In this document: in pieces, positions 31,121-39,970 of the stretch
How the letters are laid out: every line of letters starts with the position of its first letter
Numbering within the stretch: the stretch's first letter is position 1
Origin: an uncultured Candidatus Saccharibacteria bacterium
GTDB lineage: Bacteria > Patescibacteriota > WWE3 > 2-01-FULL-39-13
Reading direction: 5' to 3'
NCBI GenBank assembly: GCA_964370865.1
Contig: CAYJKF010000003.1
Span: 7,735-71,734, forward strand
DNA: 64,000 bases
Translations under genes and position numbers: made by a program
Notes under the pieces: model-generated
What the model was told of the DNA's origin: nothing
The model's database searches: none
What the model saw: the letters and a program-made list of their open reading frames with translations, nothing else

Positions 31121-31823
31121 CATGGAAGAAGCCTTATATATTCGGAAACAATCAGCTCGAATGAAAAGATATATAAAAACACCGAGGCCTCTGATTTTCT
31201 TATTTTCACTTAAATACTTAACTCCAACTGCCTTTGGTTTATATATGTACCTAGCTATGTATGCTGGTTTCGATAGTCGGAACTCACAGTATGGAGTGAT
31301 AGAATTAAAAACTAGCGAACTTGCATCCTTACTCGGATTTAATATAAAAACAATTCAAACAAATCTAAAAAAATTATCTCAAATAAATGCAATTCAATTC
31401 ACTAAGGACAACTATATATCAATCACAAACTATGAAACTCTTTTTGTCAAAACTAAAGAAACATTTCCAAAGAATGAAGACGCGTTATTTTTACTAGAGA
31501 ATTATTTTTCCATTAATTCGCAAAATAATTCCAATAAACAGAAATATATTTCCACAGTTGAGAAAAATATTTCCAATCAAACTCTAAATAATGATAATCA
31601 GATTAAGGAACAAACCCCGTATACTGTAAGTTCCTATAAGGTAAGTAAAGTTAATAATAATGATGAAGAAGAAACAGATGATAATGATTATAAGCGTATA
31701 AAGTACATCAATGGAGACAAATATGAACACTCTCAAGGAACTTGGATGAAAGTAGACAAGTTTACAGATGAGGAGTTAGATGATATTTCCGAAAAGATTA
31801 ATGAAGATGTATCAAACTGGTAA
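31104..31823 (+). CDS. Replication-initiator-like HTH protein
   Basis: LTPTAFGLYMYL...ELASLLGFNIKTIQTNLKKL...ISITNYE; internal phased repeats. Confidence 0.6.
   Translation: MMMKTSMEEALYIRKQSARMKRYIKTPRPLIFLFSLKYLTPTAFGLYMYLAMYAGFDSRNSQYGVIELKTSELASLLGFNIKTIQTNLKKLSQINAIQFTKDNYISITNYETLFVKTKETFPKNEDALFLLENYFSINSQNNSNKQKYISTVEKNISNQTLNNDNQIKEQTPYTVSSYKVSKVNNNDEEETDDNDYKRIKYINGDKYEHSQGTWMKVDKFTDEELDDISEKINEDVSNW
31497..31580 (+). repeat. Four 21-bp-phased iteron-like repeats (candidate origin)
   Basis: TTCCA at 31508, 31529, 31550, 31571, three preceded by (G/C)AGAA-AT-rich. Confidence 0.55.
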
Positions 31824-31930
31824 TAGATGTAGAATTAATTAGTGAATGTATCTTTTGGAGGGTTGAAATAGCCGAATTGGGTATAACCCTCAAAAGTTGT
31901 GCATTCACAACCAGTTCGGCTATCTTAGTC

Positions 31931-33658
31931 ATGAAACAAATTAAACCAACACAACCAACCAAATATATTATCTACTGTCGTAAAAGTAGTGAGGAAGAAG
32001 ACCGACAAATACTCAGTCTAGAAGCACAAAAAAGAGAACTAGAAGAATTTGCACAAAAATCTAACTTAAATGTTATAGATACACTCACTGAATCACAAAG
32101 CGCATTTAAAACAGGACGACCAATATTTAGCACTCTTCTCTCTAGAATTCAGAAAGGTGAAGCAAATGGAGTCATCTGTTGGCAACCAAATCGTATAAGT
32201 AGGAACCCAAAAGATGGTGGCGAATTTATTTATATGATGGATCTTGGTTTCATCAAAGAGCTGAGAACTCCATACAAGTCATTTGTGAACTCTGCTGATG
32301 ATAAATTCTTTCTCAACCTTGAATTTGGAATTGCAAAAAAAGATTCTGACGATAAATCCGAAAATGTAAAAAGAGGAAACAGACAAAAAATATTAAATGG
32401 AGACATTCCGGGATGTGCTCCACAAGGATATCTGAATGTAACTGATCCGATCACAAAAAGAAAGTATGTCGATATTGACCCAAGTCGTTTTCCTTTGATA
32501 CAAAAAGCCATACGACTTATTCTTTACGAAAGCAAAACTCCAATGCAAGCAATGGAAATATTAAACAATGAATGGGGGTATAGATCACGACAGACGCTAA
32601 AAATGGGTAATAAGAAAATGTCACCGAGCACATGGTATAACCTACTCAACAATCAATTTTACTATGGCAAAATACTAAGAATCGACACAGAAACAATAGG
32701 AAATCACCCACCAATGATAACCGAAGATGAATACAATCGAGTCCAGATTCTTCTTGGGAATAGAGGAAGACCAACCGTAAAAAAAGTCGGTTTTTATGCT
32801 AAAGGAATAATAAAATGTGGAGAATGTGGAGGAAATCTTACGGCTCATGATAAATGGCAAATAATATGTCCTGTTTGCAAAAATAAATTTCACAAATCAA
32901 TTGACAGAAAAGAATGCCCTATTTGCTCTACTGCAATCGCTAATATGAAGGATCCCAAATTACTATATTATGTTTACTATTCTTGTGTAAATAATAATCA
33001 TGGGAAATGCAAACAAGGATCATTAACTGAAACCACTCTAGAAAATACTGTAATGGAAAAACTAAGCAAGATTAGACTTAAAGATACCTACAGAGACTGG
33101 GCAATAAAATATTTAAATGAAATTGCAGATGATGACATCGAAGTGTATCAAAAAGGAACTGAAAATCTGGAAAAGAGGAAAACGGAAATAGATAAAACAT
33201 TAGATAATTTACTTAAAGTATTTATATCTCCAATTAATACAGATAAAGCAATTATGTCGGATCTTCAATATATAAATCAAAAAGAAAGACTCACAAATGA
33301 GCTGAAAGAAATTGGAGAGGATGTATCAAAGGCAGAAAAATACCATAGGAATTGGAGAGATGAGATAATAAAGAAATTCAACTTCGCACATGACGCACCT
33401 AAGAGATTTGAAACAGCAGATACAAATGAAAAAGCGACCATACTATCTAGTATAGGTTTGAACCTGACTGTACTTGATAGAAAACTGCACATTCAAGGGG
33501 ATCCAATCTTCTTCCTGATCGAAGAAGGTATAGAAAAATCAAAAGTGATAGAAGATAAGTTAGAACCTGTGAATATGCTTACAGTTAGTGAACAATCGGA
33601 GTGTATCGAGGAGCTTCATCAGACTTGGCTGCCCAACTTGGATTCGAACCAAGATTGA
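31931..33658 (+). CDS. Large serine recombinase
   Basis: YCRKSS catalytic Ser, ESQSA..GRP.F, NRISRN, recombinase domain, CGECG zinc ribbon, coiled coil; last codons overlap the tRNA. Confidence 0.95.
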   Translation: MKQIKPTQPTKYIIYCRKSSEEEDRQILSLEAQKRELEEFAQKSNLNVIDTLTESQSAFKTGRPIFSTLLSRIQKGEANGVICWQPNRISRNPKDGGEFIYMMDLGFIKELRTPYKSFVNSADDKFFLNLEFGIAKKDSDDKSENVKRGNRQKILNGDIPGCAPQGYLNVTDPITKRKYVDIDPSRFPLIQKAIRLILYESKTPMQAMEILNNEWGYRSRQTLKMGNKKMSPSTWYNLLNNQFYYGKILRIDTETIGNHPPMITEDEYNRVQILLGNRGRPTVKKVGFYAKGIIKCGECGGNLTAHDKWQIICPVCKNKFHKSIDRKECPICSTAIANMKDPKLLYYVYYSCVNNNHGKCKQGSLTETTLENTVMEKLSKIRLKDTYRDWAIKYLNEIADDDIEVYQKGTENLEKRKTEIDKTLDNLLKVFISPINTDKAIMSDLQYINQKERLTNELKEIGEDVSKAEKYHRNWRDEIIKKFNFAHDAPKRFETADTNEKATILSSIGLNLTVLDRKLHIQGDPIFFLIEEGIEKSKVIEDKLEPVNMLTVSEQSECIEELHQTWLPNLDSNQD

Positions 33659-33699
33659 CGGCTTCAAAGGCCGCTGTCCTACCGTTAGACGATCGGGCA
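33626..33699 (-). tRNA. tRNA-Gln(UUG)
   Basis: TGCCCGA...CTTTGAA loop...GGTTCGAATCC...TTGGGCAGCCA. Confidence 0.95.
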
Positions 33700-33846
33700 A
33701 TATAACTCCCACTATTATATTAAGAATTACACTTAAATTATAGAGCCAGAACCAACTTTAAGAAATTGTCACCTAATGTCAGCGTATAACCTATAGACAT
33801 ATAAATAACATTGGATAAAATCATAAGTAGTTAGTACCTTCAAATA

Positions 33847-36366
33847 ATGACATATTTTAGAGCTTTACTTCAAAGCAAATATTTTAGAAAACTTAAGAAT
33901 TATACGGATATACTTATAGTATTCCTGGGCAGGGTGCTCTATTATATTTTTGACTTTTATTACAACCTCTTTAAAAACATATACAAATACATCAAAACCT
34001 TCTTACAATATATTTACACAAAGCATAAAGATATTAGACTTAAACTTGTATACAATGGAATAACTAAGACCAAAAGTAAAAGTAAGCAGCGTAAAATGAA
34101 AATTACAGGTAAAAGTCAGTACAAAAATTTAGGTGCACATAAACGCCATCATACTCCGAGAAGCTGGTACTATTTAAAAATTGTATTTTTTCCATTCTAT
34201 GCCATTTATAAAATACTTAGATGGCTATTTAGCTGGGAATTTAAAGTCAAACCTTTTTCATTTAGCTTTATTGCTTTCACCATATTTATCTCATCACTTG
34301 TAGCTTTTGCGATATTATATTTTTCAATAATAGAGCAATTACCAACTGTTGAGTCATTGCAAACATATAATCCAAAATACACAACTAATATATATGATAG
34401 AAAAGGAAATCTTCTCTATCGAACGTATAACAACGAAGATAGATATTATGTTCAACTTGAGGAAATTCCAGATATCGTGCAAAAAGCTACTATTGCCGTT
34501 GAAGACGCCACCTTTTACGACCACTTCGGGCTATCATTTAAAGGAATCGTAAGAGCCGCAAAGAAAAGTTACCTAGAAGATGATTTACAAGGTGGATCAA
34601 CAATTACTCAGCAGTTGGTTAAAAATTCGCTACTATCAGGAGAGAGAACATATACAAGAAAAATTAAGGAGGCAATACTATCACTTGAACTAGAAAGAAA
34701 ATTCGATAAAGCAGACATTCTTGAAATGTATCTGAATAAAATTTCATACGGCGGCACTTCTTATGGAATTAAATCCGCAGCTAATAAATATTTTGGTAAG
34801 GAATTAAGTGAATTAACTCTGGCAGAAGCTTCCTTATTAGCTGGATTACCAGCATCACCATCAAACTACTCACCACTAATAAACGACGTTTCAATAGCAA
34901 AGGCCCGACAATGGGAAGTACTAGATTTAATGGTAAAAAGCTTTTATATAACCCAAGAACAAGCAGATGCCGCATTTGAGGAGGAATTAGTATACAAAGC
35001 TAAACTCGAACAAATAGTTGCACCTCATTTTGTTAACTACGTTATAAGCGAACTCGAAAAAAAGTATGGCCAAAAAATGGTAGCTGAAGGTGGACTTAAT
35101 GTATACACAACAATAGATTTAGAACTTCAAAATAAATTGCAAGAAATCGTGACTAAAAATATCGCTCAGATGGGAAAAAGAAGTGGAGTTACAAATGGTG
35201 CCGCATTAATCACAAATCCATCAACTGGCGAAATCCTCGCAATGGTTGGAAGTATTAACTATTGGCATGAGGAAAATGATGGACAAGTAAATGTTACGAC
35301 ATCCTTAAGACAACCTGGTTCTTCTATAAAACCAATTACATATGCTCTGGCATTTGAAAGTGGAATGCATCCATTTGATACCGTAGAAGATTCTCCAGTA
35401 ACCTATAAAATTGAGGGACAACCAGACTACAAACCTGTAAATTACGATGGCGGATATCACGGAAAAGTTACTTTAAAGGCTGCGTTAGCTAATTCCTACA
35501 ATATCCCCGCAGTAAAAGTTTTGGATAAACTAGGTATGGAAAAATATCTAGACTTCGCTCATAAAATCGGAATAAATAGTTTTGAGGATACAAGTAGATT
35601 TGGTTTATCAATAACACTCGGTGCCGGAGAAGTTAAAATGACGGACATGGCAACTGCTTATGGAACATTTCCAAATAATGGATATAAAGTAGAAGCTTCA
35701 CCAATACTTAGAATCTATGATTATTATGGTAATACAGTTTTCAATAACGATTGCGCTAAGTTAACATATGAAGAACAATCTGTAATTGCACAAAAAGCAT
35801 ATGCAGGACCAAACACAACAGGTCATACAGGAATAAACACCTGCCATCCAGAAAAAGTAATTTCAGAAGATACAGCTTTTTATATAAACGAAATTCTCTC
35901 CGATAACCAGGCCAGATTACCCGCTTTTGGAGCAGGAAATAATCTTGCTATAAAGGGAAAACAAGTCGCAGTTAAAACAGGAACTACACAAAACCTAAAA
36001 GATAACTGGGCCATAGGTTATACAAAAGAATACGTGGTACTAACATGGATAGGAAATAACGATGGAACACCTATGAAAAATGTCGCCTCAGGCTATGGCA
36101 GCGCATCTCAACTCTGGAGAGAAACTTTTGACTACCTAATTAAAAATAAGGAAGTAAGCGATAAATTTAGTATTCCATCAGACATGATTGAAGTAAGTGT
36201 TTGCCCGATTACAAATACACTAGCTTGTGGTGGTTGCCCAAACGTAAAGAGATTATATAAAAAGGGCAGTGAACCAGAAAAGGCTTGTAATTCAGATACA
36301 ATTAGACAAATACTTGAGGATCAAGAGAGACAAAAACGTGAAGATGAAGACCATGATGGCGATTAA
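33847..36366 (+). CDS. Class A penicillin-binding protein (PBP1A family); start uncertain
   Basis: EDATFYDH, GGSTITQQL, RKIKE, SSIK, SYN, KTG. Confidence 0.95.
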   Translation: MTYFRALLQSKYFRKLKNYTDILIVFLGRVLYYIFDFYYNLFKNIYKYIKTFLQYIYTKHKDIRLKLVYNGITKTKSKSKQRKMKITGKSQYKNLGAHKRHHTPRSWYYLKIVFFPFYAIYKILRWLFSWEFKVKPFSFSFIAFTIFISSLVAFAILYFSIIEQLPTVESLQTYNPKYTTNIYDRKGNLLYRTYNNEDRYYVQLEEIPDIVQKATIAVEDATFYDHFGLSFKGIVRAAKKSYLEDDLQGGSTITQQLVKNSLLSGERTYTRKIKEAILSLELERKFDKADILEMYLNKISYGGTSYGIKSAANKYFGKELSELTLAEASLLAGLPASPSNYSPLINDVSIAKARQWEVLDLMVKSFYITQEQADAAFEEELVYKAKLEQIVAPHFVNYVISELEKKYGQKMVAEGGLNVYTTIDLELQNKLQEIVTKNIAQMGKRSGVTNGAALITNPSTGEILAMVGSINYWHEENDGQVNVTTSLRQPGSSIKPITYALAFESGMHPFDTVEDSPVTYKIEGQPDYKPVNYDGGYHGKVTLKAALANSYNIPAVKVLDKLGMEKYLDFAHKIGINSFEDTSRFGLSITLGAGEVKMTDMATAYGTFPNNGYKVEASPILRIYDYYGNTVFNNDCAKLTYEEQSVIAQKAYAGPNTTGHTGINTCHPEKVISEDTAFYINEILSDNQARLPAFGAGNNLAIKGKQVAVKTGTTQNLKDNWAIGYTKEYVVLTWIGNNDGTPMKNVASGYGSASQLWRETFDYLIKNKEVSDKFSIPSDMIEVSVCPITNTLACGGCPNVKRLYKKGSEPEKACNSDTIRQILEDQERQKREDEDHDGD

Positions 36367-36419
36367 TTTAAGTAAGTTAGTAGGGAAGTGGCATTACCAG
36401 AAACAGGGCAGGAAGATGT

Positions 36420-36755
36420 TTATTCAACTTTAGAACTGGTATTAGGAAGGGTTTTAACCCCATTAATCGAGATTTCTACTCTATTATCTGACCCTGCAGT
36501 ATTAGTATTAGGAATAGTATTAGGTATTCCACCGATATTCACACCCTCCGAGTTATTATCAGAATCTAATTTCTCTTCACCCGGAACAACATCGATTTCA
36601 GGGCTTAGAACATCAGCACTTAATTCTGGAGCCTGAAGATTTACTTCTGGAACTTTTGGTCTGTTTTGCAAATATCCAAAAAAAACAACAGCAACCGGTA
36701 TTAATAATATAGCGATAACTGATGCAACAGTTCTTGCTGATTCATTTATGTTCAT
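36420..36755 (-). CDS. Small N-anchored protein ending in LPNTS
   Basis: N-terminal TM; AAGGAGGTGA SD inside the end of the sortase gene. Confidence 0.65.
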   Translation of the reverse strand: MNINESARTVASVIAILLIPVAVVFFGYLQNRPKVPEVNLQAPELSADVLSPEIDVVPGEEKLDSDNNSEGVNIGGIPNTIPNTNTAGSDNRVEISINGVKTLPNTSSKVE

Positions 36756-36756
36756 G

Positions 36757-37332
36757 CTATATCACCTCCTTATTATTATAATTAATCAACTTTAATATTT
36801 TAGCTTTAACCAGTATTCTAAATTCGTCATTTGGTCCATCACACGTAAAAAGGCTTAAGTGAGTATCCCCAATAGATGATATTTTGTCAATTTCGTCAGG
36901 CAATACAACCTCTTTCGATACAATCTCATAAGTCACAACTCCAGATGGAGTATAAATCTTTATAGTTTCTCCTTTGTTTAACTGATTCATATTCCCAAGT
37001 AATTCAGGAATGGCATGACCATAAACAATTAAATTTCCACCGTTTTCAAATTCCAACTCACTATTCTCAACATAAGCTAGAAAATGCCTATAAACCTTCC
37101 AAGATTCGTTTACTTCTTCACTTTTTTGTAAGCCTACTTTTATCCCAATACTTGGAATTGAAATCGCAACCGGTTTATCAAAACCCTTATAAGGACTGAA
37201 TTCTGATGGAGAATTCGAAATATAAAAGTCTGACTTCGAGTGGACTATCGTGGGATTTGCAATTTGATAAATCGAGAATAATAGTACTGAAAAATTTAAG
37301 CTAGCAAACAGCAAAATATATTTATAAAACAT
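36757..37332 (-). CDS. Sortase
   Basis: NLIVYGH, LSLFTCDG, FRILV. Confidence 0.88.
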   Translation of the reverse strand: MFYKYILLFASLNFSVLLFSIYQIANPTIVHSKSDFYISNSPSEFSPYKGFDKPVAISIPSIGIKVGLQKSEEVNESWKVYRHFLAYVENSELEFENGGNLIVYGHAIPELLGNMNQLNKGETIKIYTPSGVVTYEIVSKEVVLPDEIDKISSIGDTHLSLFTCDGPNDEFRILVKAKILKLINYNNKEVI

Positions 37333-37357
37333 CTATATAAAGGGCAGAAAACAATTT

Positions 37358-39052
37358 CTAATATTTCATTAAGTCTTTTGGTTCCATCCAACCTCTTTGA
37401 GCTATGTTAATTCCATATTTCATCAAATCTAGATCGCTTACCGAGTGTGCGTCAGTGTTAATTGCAATTGAACAACCAAGACTTATAGCCAGTCTAACTA
37501 AATTCTCATTCAAATCAAGTCTTTGAGGATGTGCATTAATTTCTAAAGCAACATCATACTCCTTACATAACTTAAATATATATTCGTAGTCAAACTCATA
37601 CCCTGGACGTTGTCCTATAAGCCTGCCAGTTGGATGAGCTATGAATTTTGTTAAAGGATTTTTAACAGCAACTTCGATTCTTTTTGTCATTTCATCAATT
37701 GTCATTTTCGTAGACATATGAATTGATACGATTACATAATCAAGTTTTGACAACAACTTTTCATCATACTTAAAAGTTCCATCGCGATCTATATCTACTT
37801 CTGCTCCAGCATAAATTTTTATACCATCAACCTTTTGCTCAATTTCTCTAATGTCGGATAAATAGTCATTAAATTGACTTTGTGGAATTGGATTAGCTAC
37901 TGGAGGTGCTCCAAAATGGTCACTTATTCCAATATATTTATAACCTTTAGATTTCGCAGCTAAAACCATTTCTTCAATTGTATTGTTCGCATCACTCCAA
38001 GTTGTATGTGTATGTAAATCTCCTTTTATATCATCAAGAGTAATTAAGGTCGGTAATTCATTTTTAATTGCGGATTCTATTTCACCATTATTCTCTCTTA
38101 AAACCGGTGGTATAAAACGTGAAACTAATGTCTGGTAAATTTTTTCCTCACTTTTTCCTTCGATAAGATCATCAGTTTTTCTATCAAACAGACCATATTC
38201 AGATAATTTGTATCCCTTCGAGATAGCAATATTTCTTAACTTAACATTATGATCTTTGCTACCAGTAAAATACTGCATTGCCGCTCCGTATGAATCGATT
38301 GGAACAATACGCATATCTGCTTGAACCTTCTGCTTTAGCCATACCGATGACTTTGTATCTCCAGAGCCAAGTATTTTATCGACTTCTTTGTATTTAGTAA
38401 AAAAATCTCTTGTTAAATCAGGTTCCTTAGTTGAGACCAAAAAATCCATATCACCAATCTGTTCCTTCTTTCTTCTAAAGGAGCCAAGCGCCTCAACTTT
38501 AATAATATTTTTATCGCCCTTAAGGTAATTTAGATAATCTTCAACCAGTGGTTCGATTTGGTAATATGGTTTCTTATCTTTATTCGTAATCGCAAATTTT
38601 ATACTTTCTAAAATATTGTCTTGAGATTTTTTACCAAAGCCTTCGAGCGTGGCAATTTTGTTTTCATCCGCGGCTTTTTGCAAATCAGAGATATTTTTAA
38701 TTCCGAGCGTCTTATATAATTTGAGGATTTTCTTAGGACCAATACCTTGTATTTGTAGAAGTCCCTCTAATTCAACTGGGCTAGATTTTTTTAATTCCTC
38801 ATAGTCAGTTATTTTTCCTTCTAATAAGTATTCAACAATGTTAGCAGCAGTAACTTTTCCAATACCTTCCATCGCTACTAATAATTGAGGATTCTTTATG
38901 AATTTTTCATCTGCTAAATCAACGGATAGGGAATTTATAACTTCTGCGGCTTTTCGGTATGCACGTGATTTAAAGAAAGCATTTTTATCCTCCAACATAT
39001 CTATGTAGGAAGCCATTTTAGAGAAAATGTCAGCGATCTCTTGATTTATCAT
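37358..39052 (-). CDS. polX: DNA polymerase X with PHP domain
   Basis: GSFRR, GDMDF, YFTGSK, DLHTHT, SDH, AHP, NTDAH. Confidence 0.95.
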   Translation of the reverse strand: MINQEIADIFSKMASYIDMLEDKNAFFKSRAYRKAAEVINSLSVDLADEKFIKNPQLLVAMEGIGKVTAANIVEYLLEGKITDYEELKKSSPVELEGLLQIQGIGPKKILKLYKTLGIKNISDLQKAADENKIATLEGFGKKSQDNILESIKFAITNKDKKPYYQIEPLVEDYLNYLKGDKNIIKVEALGSFRRKKEQIGDMDFLVSTKEPDLTRDFFTKYKEVDKILGSGDTKSSVWLKQKVQADMRIVPIDSYGAAMQYFTGSKDHNVKLRNIAISKGYKLSEYGLFDRKTDDLIEGKSEEKIYQTLVSRFIPPVLRENNGEIESAIKNELPTLITLDDIKGDLHTHTTWSDANNTIEEMVLAAKSKGYKYIGISDHFGAPPVANPIPQSQFNDYLSDIREIEQKVDGIKIYAGAEVDIDRDGTFKYDEKLLSKLDYVIVSIHMSTKMTIDEMTKRIEVAVKNPLTKFIAHPTGRLIGQRPGYEFDYEYIFKLCKEYDVALEINAHPQRLDLNENLVRLAISLGCSIAINTDAHSVSDLDLMKYGINIAQRGWMEPKDLMKY

Positions 39053-39965
39053 TAAATAGTTTTTCTAATGCGGCCTTCTGCTCACGATTTACCGACTTTG
39101 GAATTAGTACTTTTATAGTAACATAATGATCTCCGCGTCCGAATCCTTTGGGATTGGGCATTCCCATACCATTTAACTTGAACATTGTATTTGGCTGAGT
39201 ACCAGCTGGAATTTTGAGAGATTTATTACTGAATGCAGTTTTTGACTTTGGATCAACCACTTTAATATCAACTTTTCCTCCAAGTATTGCAGAAGTAAAT
39301 GGAATATCTTGTACACTTTCAACATCCAATCCGTGCCTTACAAATTCTTTATGAGGTGCAACCTGGATTGTAAGTAGAAGATCTCCAGCTTCACCATCTT
39401 TAGCACGGGATGGTTCACCCTTACCAGCAAATTTAACTGTAGTTCCATCTAGTACACCAGGGGGTAGTTTTATCTTTAATTTGTGATTATCGACTGAAAT
39501 TACTTGCTCAAATCCTTTAATTGCATCTTCGAAATCAATAGACATAGAATATCTTAGATTTCTACCTTTTCTATTTGCCCCCCCAAACCCTCTGAATCCA
39601 AAAACTTCCTCAAAAATATCAAAAGGATCTTGTCCGGCACCACCAGGACCACCAAAACCTCCATCAGATGAATAGGACCATGAGAATGGCCCATAATTCC
39701 CTCCAGAACCACCAAATGGATTACCACCGCTATATCCTGGCTGTTCGTTTGGAGCAGTCCCAAATTGGTCGTAATGAGCTTTTTTTGTCTTATCTCCGAG
39801 TATTTGATACGCCTCGTTTATTTCTTTGAATTTGGTTTCGGCATCCGGTTTGTCTTTAGCAACATCCGGATGCCATTCCCTTGCTTTCTTTCTATACGCA
39901 GACTTTATTTCCGCTTCAGAAGCTGACTTTTCTACACCCAATACTGCATAATAGTCCTTTGACAT
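39030..39965 (-). CDS. dnaJ: DnaJ chaperone without zinc finger
   Basis: HPD J-domain, G/F region, C-terminal domain, no CxxCxGxG. Confidence 0.9.
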   Translation of the reverse strand: MSKDYYAVLGVEKSASEAEIKSAYRKKAREWHPDVAKDKPDAETKFKEINEAYQILGDKTKKAHYDQFGTAPNEQPGYSGGNPFGGSGGNYGPFSWSYSSDGGFGGPGGAGQDPFDIFEEVFGFRGFGGANRKGRNLRYSMSIDFEDAIKGFEQVISVDNHKLKIKLPPGVLDGTTVKFAGKGEPSRAKDGEAGDLLLTIQVAPHKEFVRHGLDVESVQDIPFTSAILGGKVDIKVVDPKSKTAFSNKSLKIPAGTQPNTMFKLNGMGMPNPKGFGRGDHYVTIKVLIPKSVNREQKAALEKLFNDKSRDR

Positions 39966-39970
39966 GTAGT

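Larger units (their letters stand above)
18079..33631. mobile_element. Integrative element at tRNA-Gln 3' end (serine recombinase, Xis, Rep-like, terS-like, defence-like cargo)
   Basis: Recombinase runs into the tRNA; TGGCTGggCAtCgTGGAT (18079) matches TGGCTGccCAaCtTGGAT (33626) at 14/18; mobile-type genes between. Confidence 0.75.
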
